From positions 1-49,271 of the forward strand of contig JACQSK010000002.1 of the NCBI GenBank assembly GCA_016205975.1: a stretch of 49,271 nucleotides of DNA. The letters are read 5' to 3'. Origin of the DNA: Candidatus Uhrbacteria bacterium. Its GTDB lineage: Bacteria > Patescibacteriota > Patescibacteriia > UBA9934 > GWF2-40-263. The position numbers and the translations under genes are program-made. The notes under the pieces are model-generated. The model made no database searches. It saw nothing but the letters and a program-made list of their open reading frames with translations, and was not told the DNA's origin. Positions 1 to 9,123 of this stretch are shown here, one piece after another (the first letter of the stretch is position 1; every line of letters begins with the position of its first letter).

Positions 1-810
1 GGGCGCTTCCGTGTATTCCTCGCGGCTGGCATGGAACCCTTCGGGCAACCAGTCGGGAAATGCGAGCACGATGCCGCGCAGGAGCGCATCGAACTTCTCC
101 CTGGAAGGAAGTACACCCTTGCGCCAGTCGATCAGCAGAGGCGGAGTGAACTCTTCTTGGCCGAGCGACTTGTTGAGCGCCGTGGCCACATGGTCCACAC
201 GCTCGTGGGGCACCAGGCTCGTGAACCAAGCGTTGAACTCCTCTTCTCCCGTGAGCTCGGGAAACGGGGCGCGGCCTCGGCCGAACACCGCCCACTGCCC
301 TTCCAAGAAGAAGACCGTTGCGGCGTTCCACTGCTTGCGCTCTCCTCCGTTGCGTTCGTCCTCCACACAGAAGCGCAGGAGCGCGACCAAGAGGTCGAAG
401 GACGGAAGGCGCTTTTGTGTCGTACGGAACAAGGATGCGATATCCCGTCCGCCTAAGAACATCCGCGAGAGCCGTTCGTTGCCGAAGCTATTCGAGTACG
501 GGCGTACGAGCTCGATGACGTCTTGCCTGGTCGCGACTTCCGGGAACCAGTCGCGCGTCGGGTCTACGGCCGCCTTGGCCATGTCCACCCAGGTCTCCTC
601 CATATCGATCTCGATCCGGGCGAGCTTTGCTTGAAGGCTCGGAGCCTTGAGGGAGCGTTGAATGCTTAGGCTCAGCTCCCCTTCTTGCACCATCGTCTCG
701 TAGAGACGCTCGAGCCCAGCGAGCCGGAACGCTGAACTGCGCTTGGCTTGGGGCTGAGCATCGCGCCAGGCTTCCATCTGGTCGCGAACCGTTTTGCCTT
801 GGGGGACCAT
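1..810 (-). CDS. hypothetical protein, C-terminus lies beyond the left window edge
   Basis: Absent from the supplied ORF track because it runs off the edge. ATG at 810-808 has GGAGG (820-816) 5 nt upstream. 270 sense codons run without a stop down to nt 1, and third positions are mostly G/C. Starts MVPQGKTVRDQMEAWRD. No family recognised. Confidence 0.6.
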   Translation of the reverse strand, partial: MVPQGKTVRDQMEAWRDAQPQAKRSSAFRLAGLERLYETMVQEGELSLSIQRSLKAPSLQAKLARIEIDMEETWVDMAKAAVDPTRDWFPEVATRQDVIELVRPYSNSFGNERLSRMFLGGRDIASLFRTTQKRLPSFDLLVALLRFCVEDERNGGERKQWNAATVFFLEGQWAVFGRGRAPFPELTGEEEFNAWFTSLVPHERVDHVATALNKSLGQEEFTPPLLIDWRKGVLPSREKFDALLRGIVLAFPDWLPEGFHASREEYTEAP

Positions 811-822
811 GTAAACCTCCTG

Positions 823-884
823 TGTCCACAACGCAGAGAAAAACCTCGGGATTGGCCGAGAGGTTTTTGTCTTTGTTGTGGACA
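823..884. promoter_or_regulatory. imperfect 25-bp inverted repeat in a divergent intergenic region (candidate operator)
   Basis: Arms 823-847 and 860-884 are complementary at 22/25 positions. The outer 10 bp (TGTCCACAAC / GTTGTGGACA) pair perfectly. It lies between the divergent starts at 810 (-) and 1027 (+). Confidence 0.45.
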
Positions 885-1026
885 GGAGGACGCCCAACAG
901 TAGAAGAAAAGGCTCTAGGTGTCAAGGTAACCTGACTTTGGCACCTGGGCAAGCTTGACGGCGTATCATTGAGGTGGTTCACTGTCCCCCTTGCTCATCC
1001 TGAGCGAGATGCCCAAGGAGTTCTTC

Positions 1027-1830
1027 ATGAGTGCTGATCCCACCCTGCCCGAGGTGCTTGACCCCGGCCATCCCATCGATGTCCCTCCGACCTACTTCCG
1101 GATCTGGGTCGAGGCCGTGCGCCTTCATCTGGATCCAGCTCGGGAACAGGCGCCGCTTGCCGCCCGCGCGGATTTGTTCCCCATCATCTTCCGCTACTAC
1201 CATCCCCAGGCAGGCGCCAGGCGCGTCAATCCGTCCTGGTACCTTTCCAAGATGAAGAAGGCTGGAATCCTGCGTCTGTTCGACACGCGTGGCGAAGGAT
1301 TCTTCTGGGTTCCGGTGACCGACGTCGTCCTGCGCATGAACAAGGTGATCGTGTACACCCCCGACGACCTGCCGGCCCTGCTCGCGCAGGACGCGCGGTT
1401 CGTGCCACAGGACAAACAGGCGCCCAAGGCGATGCCACCTGTGAAAGAGCCCGCACGGGAGGAAGGAAGTGATGAGACCCCTGTGAGCGGGCTGACGCTT
1501 CTCGATCGCGCATCACTCAACACCGCTCTCGCGCGAGCGCGGGAGAGGTTCGATGTCACGAAGCTCGAAGCGCGAAGGGAGGAGTTCGCTCAACGTATCG
1601 CAGAAAACGAGTCGCGTGCCGCTGCTCTTCGGAGGGAAATAAACACGGTGGAGGAAGAGGGGCACAGGCTCGCTTCCCAGCGGAAGGACGTCGAGCAGCA
1701 GATCCAGCAGTTGAAGCTGGAGGAAGAAGAGGATCAGCATATCGCTGACATGCGCTGGCTCATCGAGAACTTCGATCGGCACGAGCGCATCATGCGTGAT
1801 TTCCTAGGGGAGACGTTCCGCTTTCGATAG
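1027..1830 (+). CDS. hypothetical protein with C-terminal coiled-coil region (267 aa)
   Basis: ATG 1027 follows AAGGAG (1015-1020) after a 6-nt spacer. The track ORF starts at an upstream TTG (991). The C-terminal third is heptad-like and charged (REINTVEEEGHRLASQRKDVEQQIQQLKLEEEED). No family recognised. Confidence 0.6.
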   Translation: MSADPTLPEVLDPGHPIDVPPTYFRIWVEAVRLHLDPAREQAPLAARADLFPIIFRYYHPQAGARRVNPSWYLSKMKKAGILRLFDTRGEGFFWVPVTDVVLRMNKVIVYTPDDLPALLAQDARFVPQDKQAPKAMPPVKEPAREEGSDETPVSGLTLLDRASLNTALARARERFDVTKLEARREEFAQRIAENESRAAALRREINTVEEEGHRLASQRKDVEQQIQQLKLEEEEDQHIADMRWLIENFDRHERIMRDFLGETFRFR

Positions 1831-1838
1831 ACGAGGGC

Positions 1839-1876
1839 GGTTTTCTATTAGAAAACCCGAAGGATAATCTTCGGGT
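1839..1876. terminator. two overlapping hairpins between convergent genes
   Basis: GGTTTTC-TATTA-GAAAACC (1839-1857) and ACCCGAAG-GATAAT-CTTCGGGT (1855-1876). They lie between stop 1830 (+) and stop 1876 (-). There is no clear U-tract. Confidence 0.4.
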
Positions 1877-2397
1877 CAGGAGATGAGCGTATCGAGCTCG
1901 TCCCAAGCGATGACGTTGGGCGCGTCGGTCTGTTTCCAGCGGCCGCGTGCGGACGCGTCGGGGATCAACACAACGGTCTTCGCAAGCAAGGGTGACGGGA
2001 GGTTTGCGACGAAGCCCAGGGCGCGGGGGTGCAGGAGCGCGTTCTGTGCGTCCACGACCAGGAGGACAGCGGGGTTCGTTCGTTGGATGCGTTCGTACAG
2101 GCCCCGAAACGGTGCGCGCTCCAGCCGGCCTTCTCCCTTGAGCGTCTCGGCTTGGAACAGGGCTTGGCGTCGGGAGGCGTCCTGTCCGTCGCGCCACGCG
2201 CGCAGGCGTGGGAGGACTTCCAGGGAGGCAGGATAGACGACGAACCAGAGGCCGGCGCGGAACACGCGGCCACCGACCTCATGAGGATGATCGTCGGGGC
2301 GTGGAGCGCGGGGCGTGGAGCCTGACCTGTGGCGCGGTGGACGCAAGGACCGCGGTTCGTCCGGGCCCAGACGGGTCCCCCATTCATGGAGGGTCAT
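1876..2397 (-). CDS. hypothetical protein (173 aa), Arg/Pro-rich N-terminus
   Basis: The ATG at 2397-2395 overlaps the upstream gene's TGA (2396-2394) as ATGA, which suggests translational coupling. The frame has G/C-rich third positions. No family recognised. Confidence 0.55.
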   Translation of the reverse strand: MTLHEWGTRLGPDEPRSLRPPRHRSGSTPRAPRPDDHPHEVGGRVFRAGLWFVVYPASLEVLPRLRAWRDGQDASRRQALFQAETLKGEGRLERAPFRGLYERIQRTNPAVLLVVDAQNALLHPRALGFVANLPSPLLAKTVVLIPDASARGRWKQTDAPNVIAWDELDTLIS

Positions 2398-2828
2398 GCC
2401 GTCTCCTGGACGGCATGACCGCGCAGGAGCTCAGGGCGCTGTTCTTGCGCCCAGGTGCGCACATCGAACTGGTGGCGCACGATTCCATCGTTCACGCGAG
2501 TCACGACCATGATGCCGGAGGATGGCACATCGCCCACGAAGAGCTTGGCCGTGAAGCAGATCGCTATCTGGCCATCGGCGAGCTCCACGGCGTCCACGTT
2601 TCGGATCGACGCGGACTCGCCCAGCTTCTCTACGAGCCACATCTCACGCCCCGTGCCCCAGCAGTACACGAGCGCGACGTCGGCACCGATCGCCTGCGCG
2701 ATTCGCGGCTTCGCCCAGGCGCAGAACGCGCGGATCTCCTCTTGTTGGAGCATGATCTCACGTCCGGCGCGGTAGATGACGAGGCCGGCGTAGTTGTGGT
2801 TGATGCCGACGGTGATTGATCCTTTCAT
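2394..2828 (-). CDS. hypothetical protein (144 aa)
   Basis: ATG 2828 is preceded by GAGGAA 5 nt upstream. The track's upstream ATG (2849) falls at the predicted transcription start of the promoter at 2852-2880. Begins MKGSITVGINHNYAGLVIY. No family recognised. Confidence 0.55.
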   Translation of the reverse strand: MKGSITVGINHNYAGLVIYRAGREIMLQQEEIRAFCAWAKPRIAQAIGADVALVYCWGTGREMWLVEKLGESASIRNVDAVELADGQIAICFTAKLFVGDVPSSGIMVVTRVNDGIVRHQFDVRTWAQEQRPELLRGHAVQETA

Positions 2829-2851
2829 GGTTTTCCTCGGGAAGCACATCG

Positions 2852-2891
2852 AACATACGGGACGGTTGGGTGCTTGTCAATATTTTGACAA
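2852..2891. promoter_or_regulatory. palindrome carrying back-to-back -35 boxes, plus a -10 for the minus-strand operon
   Basis: TTGTCAA-TATT-TTGACAA at 2874-2891 is a perfect 7-bp inverted repeat. Read on the minus strand it gives TTGACA (2880-2875), a 17-nt spacer and TATGTT (2857-2852). Read on the plus strand, TTGACA (2885-2890) faces the KH-domain gene but its -10 is weak. Confidence 0.45.
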
Positions 2892-2947
2892 AACCCGCGT
2901 GTTCCCCCAAAGTGCTTCTCGCACAGTCCCCCGGCTCAGGAGTCCCC

Positions 2948-3280
2948 ATGGAAACAGCAGAAGCCCAACTCGCTCATCTGACTACGATCATGGCGCAAGC
3001 GCTCGTCGATCATCCTGACGACGTCGCCGTCACGTACGTCGCCGGCGCGCGCCACGTCGTCATTGAGATCCGCATCCATTCAGACGATGTTGGGAAAGTC
3101 ATCGGCGCAGGAGGCGCTCATGCCAGCGCCATGCGCACGCTCCTCTTCGCCGCTGCCGGGAAGTTGCGGCGCTCTGTGACCCTGGAGATCTTCGATCCAG
3201 AGCCAGACCGTCGTCGGGTGCGCCGCTACCCGTACGCTCGTGCGGATGCATACGAACGAACGCTTGCACGGCGCCGCTGA
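2948..3280 (+). CDS. KH-domain RNA-binding protein (KhpA/YlqC-like), 110 aa
   Basis: ATG 2948 follows AGGAG with a 5-nt spacer. ALVDHPDDVAVTYVAGARHVVIEIRIHSDDVGKVIGAGGAHASAMRTLL matches the UPF0109/KhpA pattern, including the GxxG loop (GKVIGAGG). It has an extra Arg-rich C-terminal tail. Confidence 0.75.
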   Translation: METAEAQLAHLTTIMAQALVDHPDDVAVTYVAGARHVVIEIRIHSDDVGKVIGAGGAHASAMRTLLFAAAGKLRRSVTLEIFDPEPDRRRVRRYPYARADAYERTLARRR

Positions 3281-3332
3281 ACCAATCACGCTCATCCCCG
3301 TCGTTTTTTACGGCGGATTTTTTTAGCGACAA

Positions 3333-3364
3333 AAAACATCCCGGGTTTTGCACCGGGATGTTTT
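3333..3364. terminator. bidirectional intrinsic terminator
   Basis: 9-bp stem ACATCCCGG / CCGGGATGT with an 8-nt loop, an A-run on the left and a T-run on the right. It lies between the convergent KH gene and hppA. Confidence 0.75.
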
Positions 3365-3370
3365 GGTTGA

Positions 3371-5359
3371 TTAAACGATGAGAGCAACGATCAGGAGCGC
3401 GACAATGTTCAGGATCTTGATCATCGGGTTCAGGGCCGGGCCGGCCGTGTCCTTGTAAGGATCACCTACTGTGTCGCCGGTGACGGCGGCCTTGTGCGTG
3501 TCAGAGCCTTTGCCGCCGAAGTTGCCGGCCTCGATATATTTTTTTGCGTTGTCCCAGGCACCGCCGCCGGTGGTCATGGAGATCGCTACAAATAGTCCGG
3601 TAATGATGGAGCCGATCAGGAGTCCGCCGAGGGCTTCGACGCCCAGGGCAAATCCAACCACGATGGGAGCGAGCACGGAGAGGAGTGAGGGAGCGATCAT
3701 ATACTTGATCGCCGAGGCGGTCACGAGGTCGACGGCCTTGCCATATTCAGGCTTGGCGCTTCCGTCCATAATGCCGGGGATCTCACGGAACTGGCGGCGC
3801 ACTTCAACAACCACACCAGCCGCAGCCTTGCCCACAGCCTCCATGGCCATGGCGCCGAACAGATATGTGATGAGTCCGCCCAAGAAGAGTCCTGCGATCA
3901 CCCGAGGATCTACGAGACTGAATACGACGCTCGTGCCGGTGGCTTCAATCGTGTGCACGTAGTCTCCAAACAAGACGAGTGTCGCGAGTCCCGCCGAGCC
4001 GATCGCGTACGCCTTGGTCACCGCTTTGGTCGTGTTGCCCACGGCGTCCAAGGGGTCGGTGATCGCGCGCACTTCCTCCGGCAGCTCTGCCATCTCTGCG
4101 ATGCCGCCCGCGTTATCCGTGATGGGTCCATAGGCGTCGATCGCCACGATGATGCCCGTGAGCGAGAGCATGGCCACGGCCGCGATCGCGATGCCGTAGA
4201 GGCCGGCGAGGTTGTAGGCGACCAGGATCCCCAGCACGATGGTGATGACCGGCAGGGCGGTCGCCTTCATGGACAGCGCGATGCCCGCGATGATGTTGGT
4301 GCCGTGTCCTGACTGGGAGGCAGCGGCGAGGCGCTGGACCGGTTTATATTCCGTGGCGGTGTAGTACTCGGTGATCATGATGAGCAGACCCGTTATGACA
4401 AGACCCAAGAGTGCGCTCCAGATGAGCTGCGTGCCGTTTGGTAGGTTGAAGGACCTGGTCACAAACCAGAAGCCCACGGCTGCCAGCACGCCGGCAGCGG
4501 CGAGTCCCTTGTAAAGAGCGCCCATGATATTTTTCTTGGCGCCGAGTTTGATGAAGAAGGTGCCCAAGATGGAAGCCACGATCGCGACCGCGCCAAGGGC
4601 GAGGGGATACAGGATGAGATCTTCGTTGGTGGAGAGCAGGCCTCCCAAGACCATGGTGGCGACCAGTGTCACGGCGTACGTCTCAAACAAGTCGGCGGCC
4701 ATGCCCGCGCAGTCGCCTACGTTGTCGCCTACGTTGTCGGCAATGACGGCCGGGTTGCGAGGATCGTCTTCAGGAATGTTGGCTTCTGTTTTTCCGACCA
4801 GGTCAGCGCCCACGTCCGCGGCCTTAGTGAAGATGCCGCCCCCAAGGCGCGCGAACACAGAGATGAGCGAGCCGCCGAAGCCAAGCCCGATGAGCGCGTT
4901 CACGTCTTTGGTGAGCGCATAAAATCCCGCCACGCCCAGCAAGGCCAGTCCTACGACCAAGAGGCCCGTGACGGTTCCGCCTTTGACGGCGACATTCAGT
5001 GCTTGGGCAAGTCCCTCTTTAGCCGCTTGCGTCGTGCGGACGTTGGCGCGCACGGACACGGACATGCCGACAAACCCCGCGATGCTCGAGAGCACCGCGC
5101 CCACAAGAAATCCCAACGCGATCGTCCAGTTAAGCGCGAACCCCAAGACCACGAAGATGATCGCGCCGATCATGGCGATCATGCGGTATTGGCGGCTCAG
5201 GTAGGCGCCAGCACCCTCTTGGATGGCAAGCGCGATGCCTTTCATTTTCCCCTCACCCGCGGGTTGTTTTAAAATCCACTGAGTGAGCACGCCACCCCAG
5301 AGGATGGCGAGGAGACCGGCGGCGAGCGCGTAGGATATACTGGTCATAGGTGGTCGCAT
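3371..5359 (-). CDS. hppA: membrane-bound H+-translocating pyrophosphatase, K+-independent type
   Basis: 662-aa polytopic protein with the V-PPase signatures [27 protein letters not shown] and [11 protein letters not shown]. The [16 protein letters not shown] motif carries Lys/Thr. The start could instead be the ATG at 5347. Confidence 0.95.
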   Translation of the reverse strand: MRPPMTSISYALAAGLLAILWGGVLTQWILKQPAGEGKMKGIALAIQEGAGAYLSRQYRMIAMIGAIIFVVLGFALNWTIALGFLVGAVLSSIAGFVGMSVSVRANVRTTQAAKEGLAQALNVAVKGGTVTGLLVVGLALLGVAGFYALTKDVNALIGLGFGGSLISVFARLGGGIFTKAADVGADLVGKTEANIPEDDPRNPAVIADNVGDNVGDCAGMAADLFETYAVTLVATMVLGGLLSTNEDLILYPLALGAVAIVASILGTFFIKLGAKKNIMGALYKGLAAAGVLAAVGFWFVTRSFNLPNGTQLIWSALLGLVITGLLIMITEYYTATEYKPVQRLAAASQSGHGTNIIAGIALSMKATALPVITIVLGILVAYNLAGLYGIAIAAVAMLSLTGIIVAIDAYGPITDNAGGIAEMAELPEEVRAITDPLDAVGNTTKAVTKAYAIGSAGLATLVLFGDYVHTIEATGTSVVFSLVDPRVIAGLFLGGLITYLFGAMAMEAVGKAAAGVVVEVRRQFREIPGIMDGSAKPEYGKAVDLVTASAIKYMIAPSLLSVLAPIVVGFALGVEALGGLLIGSIITGLFVAISMTTGGGAWDNAKKYIEAGNFGGKGSDTHKAAVTGDTVGDPYKDTAGPALNPMIKILNIVALLIVALIV

Positions 5360-5404
5360 GCTACAGATTAAAAGACGGCGTCATTCTAGAAAAATGAGAC
5401 GGTC

Positions 5405-6016
5405 ATGTCAATCAAAACGCCTCCCACGTTTAAGATCGAACGAGAACTTTTATCGCAGGGTTATGCGAGAATTGTTGGTGTGGATGAAGCGGGATGCGGC
5501 GCCTTGGCCGGTCCGGTGGTAGCAGGAGCCGTGATCCTTCCTCTTGATTCCAGAATCGGAGCGCTGCGCGACAGCAAACTCTTGGACGAGCGGCGGCGCG
5601 AGGAGCTCTATCCTTTGATTGTTGCGCGCGCGGTTGCCTGGAGCGTGGGAGTGGCGAGCGTGGAAGAGATTGCGAGGCTGAATATTCGAGGCGCGAACCT
5701 GCTCGCGATGCGGCGAGCCGTCGAGGGGCTTGAGATGGCCGACTACGCGCTCGTTGATGCCTGGACGATTCCTGGGCTCACCATTCCTCAATGCGGTATC
5801 ATTCGAGGAGACTTAACCGTGAAGAGTATCGCCGCCGCGTCCATTATCGCCAAGGTTACGCGCGACCGAATGATGAGAGAGCTCGACCAGGTTTATCCTG
5901 AGTACGGATTCCAGACGCACAAAGGATATGGCACCAAGACGCACCGGGAAGCGATCAAGGCACATGGGCCTTGTTCGGCGCACCGACTAAGCTATAAGAC
6001 TTTTCAGTATGCATGA
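5405..6016 (+). CDS. rnhB: ribonuclease HII
   Basis: VGVDEAGCGALAGPVVAGAVIL active-site motif, 203 aa, and a C-terminal GYGTKTH typical of RNase HII. Confidence 0.95.
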   Translation: MSIKTPPTFKIERELLSQGYARIVGVDEAGCGALAGPVVAGAVILPLDSRIGALRDSKLLDERRREELYPLIVARAVAWSVGVASVEEIARLNIRGANLLAMRRAVEGLEMADYALVDAWTIPGLTIPQCGIIRGDLTVKSIAAASIIAKVTRDRMMRELDQVYPEYGFQTHKGYGTKTHREAIKAHGPCSAHRLSYKTFQYA

Positions 6017-6380
6017 AACGCTGCCAGAGAACATTCGGCCATGGGGACGTTACGACGTGTTGGACGTGGGCGTTTCTTATCAAGTCAAACGGATCACGGT
6101 CGAGCCCGGGAAGCGTCTTTCGTATCAGCGGCATGAGCGGCGCGAAGAGGTTTGGGTGATCGTGTCAGGCCGCGCGCTGTTCACGCTCGACGATCGAGAG
6201 TCTCACCACGGGCCCGGGGAAATCTTGCATGTGCCCAAAGGCGCAAAGCATCGCGTGGCGTGCGCGGGCGAGGAGCCGCTGGTGTTCATTGAAGTCCAGC
6301 ACGGCGATTATTTTGGTGAAGATGACATTGAACGGTTCGACGACGACTTCGGACGGACAGGAAAAACGACACCGCATTGA
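6009..6380 (+). CDS. cupin-domain protein (mannose-6-phosphate isomerase type II C-terminal-like)
   Basis: RPWGRY...GKRLSYQRHERREEVWVIVSG...HRVACAG is the cupin motif pair. Its start overlaps the rnhB stop by 8 nt. Confidence 0.8.
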   Translation: MHETLPENIRPWGRYDVLDVGVSYQVKRITVEPGKRLSYQRHERREEVWVIVSGRALFTLDDRESHHGPGEILHVPKGAKHRVACAGEEPLVFIEVQHGDYFGEDDIERFDDDFGRTGKTTPH

Positions 6381-6416
6381 CGCGAAGGCGTTTTTTTGGT
6401 ACGCTTTTTCTCGTTC

Positions 6417-7718
6417 ATGAACCTCTCGGTTAAACAATTTATTGTCCGAGTCCTCTTGGGCCTTTTGCGCGGGCTGATTCTCGTGAAGCGGCACGGAGGA
6501 GGATTTCTTTTCAGGCTGTCGCACCCTCTCAGGGGTGTCGGTCTGTTTTTTGTTCGCGCGCTTGGCGTGCCGGTGGTGCGCGCGCTGCTCGTGCTGCGCC
6601 GCTCCGTCTCGCGCCTTCTGTTCCCGGCCAAGCACAAATTGATTTTCGTGATCAGCAACCGGTTCACCGTGCACGTCATGATGGGCATCATCGTTGCCGC
6701 CGTGGTCTTCGTGAACGTGTCGGCGCGCGATGTGCGTGCGGAAGATTTCGGACAGAAGAGCCTGCTCTACCAGTTGGTCGCCGCCGACCAGTTCTCCCAG
6801 CTTGAGGTGGTGGAGGCAGGCGACGTTCCCCTCACCGAGGGAGCAAGCCTCTCCTATGTCCCCGACGTGGTCGTGGATGCGCGCCGCCATGTGGATTTAG
6901 ATTACCTCGAGGAAGAATACGTGACGCCTGAGGCGGGACGGGAAGAAGTGAAGCCCACGGTGCCCAAGCGCTCGGGCGTGGAGAGCTATGTCATCCAAGA
7001 AGGCGACACCTTGGGCCAGGTCGCGGAGAAGTTCGGCTTGAGCCTCTCGACGATCTTGTGGTCTAACAACCTTTCTTATACGAGCACGATCCAACCAGGT
7101 GATGAGCTCTCAATCCTCCCCGTGGACGGCGTGCTTTATACCGTGCGAAGCGGCGATACGCTTTCGTCCATCGCGCGCAACTTCTCGGTTGACGCCAAAA
7201 CGGTCATGGCGCAAAACGGTCTGGCGAGCGCGGACCGCCTAGCGATCGGCGACAAGCTTCTCTTGCCAGGCGGGGAACCTCCCACGCCCGTCTCTGCGGC
7301 CCGTCGCAGCACGTCTTTGAGTGAGCTGTTTACCGCGCCGTCTTCATCGGCCGTGGTCTCGGGCGGCTGGACCTGGCCCACCAACTGGCGAGTGATTACG
7401 CAGTACTACACGTGGCGTCATACGGGAATCGACATCGACGGCGACTACTCAACCTTCAGTTATGCCTCTCGCGGCGGCGTGGTTATCTATTCGGGCTGGC
7501 GCAGCGGGTATGGGTTGACCGTAGAGGTGGACCACGGCGACGGTTATGTCACGCGCTATGCGCACCACTCAAAAAATTTCGTGAGCGTGGGGCAGGTCGT
7601 TGAGGCCGGACAGGCCTTGGCACAGACGGGCTCGACCGGACGCTCGACAGGCACGCACTTGCACTTTGAAGTGATCCGCAACGGGCGATTTCAGAATCCG
7701 TTTGACTACGTGAGATAA
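6417..7718 (+). CDS. LysM-domain M23 family metallopeptidase
   Basis: Two LysM repeats (YVIQEGDTLGQVAEKFGLS and YTVRSGDTLSSIARNFSV) plus the M23 motifs HTGIDI and GTHLHFEV. The N-terminus is a basic region followed by a TM helix. ATG 6417 is the first ATG; the track ORF starts at TTG 6396. Confidence 0.9.
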   Translation: MNLSVKQFIVRVLLGLLRGLILVKRHGGGFLFRLSHPLRGVGLFFVRALGVPVVRALLVLRRSVSRLLFPAKHKLIFVISNRFTVHVMMGIIVAAVVFVNVSARDVRAEDFGQKSLLYQLVAADQFSQLEVVEAGDVPLTEGASLSYVPDVVVDARRHVDLDYLEEEYVTPEAGREEVKPTVPKRSGVESYVIQEGDTLGQVAEKFGLSLSTILWSNNLSYTSTIQPGDELSILPVDGVLYTVRSGDTLSSIARNFSVDAKTVMAQNGLASADRLAIGDKLLLPGGEPPTPVSAARRSTSLSELFTAPSSSAVVSGGWTWPTNWRVITQYYTWRHTGIDIDGDYSTFSYASRGGVVIYSGWRSGYGLTVEVDHGDGYVTRYAHHSKNFVSVGQVVEAGQALAQTGSTGRSTGTHLHFEVIRNGRFQNPFDYVR

Positions 7719-7734
7719 TAAATCTCTAGGGTCT

Positions 7735-8115
7735 ATGACAACGTGTGCCTCGTGCAAAAAAGAAGTGGAAGCTTGGAACAAGAAATGCGGCAGCTGCGGA
7801 TTTACGCTCGTGCTTGAGCCGGACGAAAAACGCCGCGCAAGATTTTTGCGCGGGCCCGCGCTGGGCGCGCTTCTGTTTACGCAAGGTTGGACGCTGGGCG
7901 CGCGCGTTTATTTTTGGTTTTTGCTTTCGCTCATTCCGGTTTTCGGGATCGCGGCGCTGATCCTATGCGTCGTGTTCGGACGCAGGTGGTCGTGGAAGTA
8001 CGGCGGGTGGGGCGACTGGGAAGAGTTTGTCAAACGCATGCGCGTGATGGACGCGATCGGCGTGGTGTGGATTTTGCTGCTCGCCGGCGCGTACGTCTAT
8101 TTTCGTTTCAACTAA
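7735..8115 (+). CDS. zinc-ribbon membrane protein (126 aa)
   Basis: N-terminal C-x2-C-x11-C-x2-C (CASCKKEVEAWNKKCGSC) followed by about three hydrophobic helices. Confidence 0.6.
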   Translation: MTTCASCKKEVEAWNKKCGSCGFTLVLEPDEKRRARFLRGPALGALLFTQGWTLGARVYFWFLLSLIPVFGIAALILCVVFGRRWSWKYGGWGDWEEFVKRMRVMDAIGVVWILLLAGAYVYFRFN

Positions 8116-8146
8116 AAAACCGTCTTGGCCCTGAGGGTTAAGACGG
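8114..8146 (-). terminator. intrinsic terminator of the M50 protease gene
   Basis: 12-bp stem (8120-8131 / 8135-8146, two G.U pairs) with a TGA triloop, followed on the minus strand by a U-run (8119-8114). It overlaps the M50 stop codon. Confidence 0.7.
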
Positions 8147-8872
8147 CTCGGCGTGCGTGGGAGCAAAGGCGAGGACGAGGTTCAAGAGGAGGAGGAAGAA
8201 GCCGAAGGTGCCCATGCACGGGTCGCGGCGTATGAAGGCGAACGGGAGAAAGAGGAGGAGGATCATGAAGCACGAGGCACGAGCGGCAGCCCGTTGAGCC
8301 GAGACCTCATTGCCCAGTCTATGCCAGATGTATGCGAACAGGATGTGTCCACCATCCAGCGGGAAGATGGGCAGGAGGTTGCCTATCCCCCAGATGATGT
8401 TCAGCCCACCAAGCGTGCACAGGATGCTCGCCACGATGCCCAGTGCGGCGAAGTCGTCCCTGCCAGGCAGAGGCAGGAAGCTGAGATAAGGGACAGGCGG
8501 GAAGGCGACCATCAGGAGGGAGAGTCCCAGCAGGAGGCTTGCCAGAGGCCCGCTCACAGCAATGAAGGCTTTCTCTTTGGGCGTCTGCGCGAGACTCCTA
8601 AATTTGGTGAAGGCCCCCGCGACATTTATCGTGACTGACATGGTTTGGATGCCGAAAAGCCTGGCGCAGAGGACGTGCGCAAACTCGTGCACGAGCAGGG
8701 AGCCGATGATGGCGAAGAGGTAGATGAGGCCTATCGCGACCGAGAGGAGATATGAGTCGCCCAGACCGTTTTGCACGAGAATGCTCGACGTGGTGATGGG
8801 GAACAGGAAGATCAGGGGCAAGAAGGAGTAATGGATACGTATGGGAACGCCCGAGAGTGTCGTAACGCGCAT
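8138..8872 (-). CDS. site-2 protease family (M50) zinc metalloprotease
   Basis: Polytopic protein with HEFAH in a TM helix and FPLDGGHILF (the LDG motif). GGAGGAAAC lies immediately upstream of ATG 8872. Confidence 0.85.
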   Translation of the reverse strand: MRVTTLSGVPIRIHYSFLPLIFLFPITTSSILVQNGLGDSYLLSVAIGLIYLFAIIGSLLVHEFAHVLCARLFGIQTMSVTINVAGAFTKFRSLAQTPKEKAFIAVSGPLASLLLGLSLLMVAFPPVPYLSFLPLPGRDDFAALGIVASILCTLGGLNIIWGIGNLLPIFPLDGGHILFAYIWHRLGNEVSAQRAAARASCFMILLLFLPFAFIRRDPCMGTFGFFLLLLNLVLAFAPTHAEPS

Positions 8873-9123
8873 GTTTCCTCCGGAGGGCTACGCTAACACA
8901 CGTGAGGGTGAGCGTCAATGAATAAAACCCCCAATGTCAAAAACCAATAGCCTTTGAATTGGAGGAGTTTATTTTGACACCGGAATGAAGGCAGAAGCTT
9001 CATCCGTCTGTGAATAGAACATCATACTTTTTGGTTCGCGTCAAATGACCACCCAATGAAAAACCGCCGTGGCTCTAGGAGTCAGGGCGGTCGTTGCCTT
9101 TTGGGGGCGTGAGGAAGGAAGAG

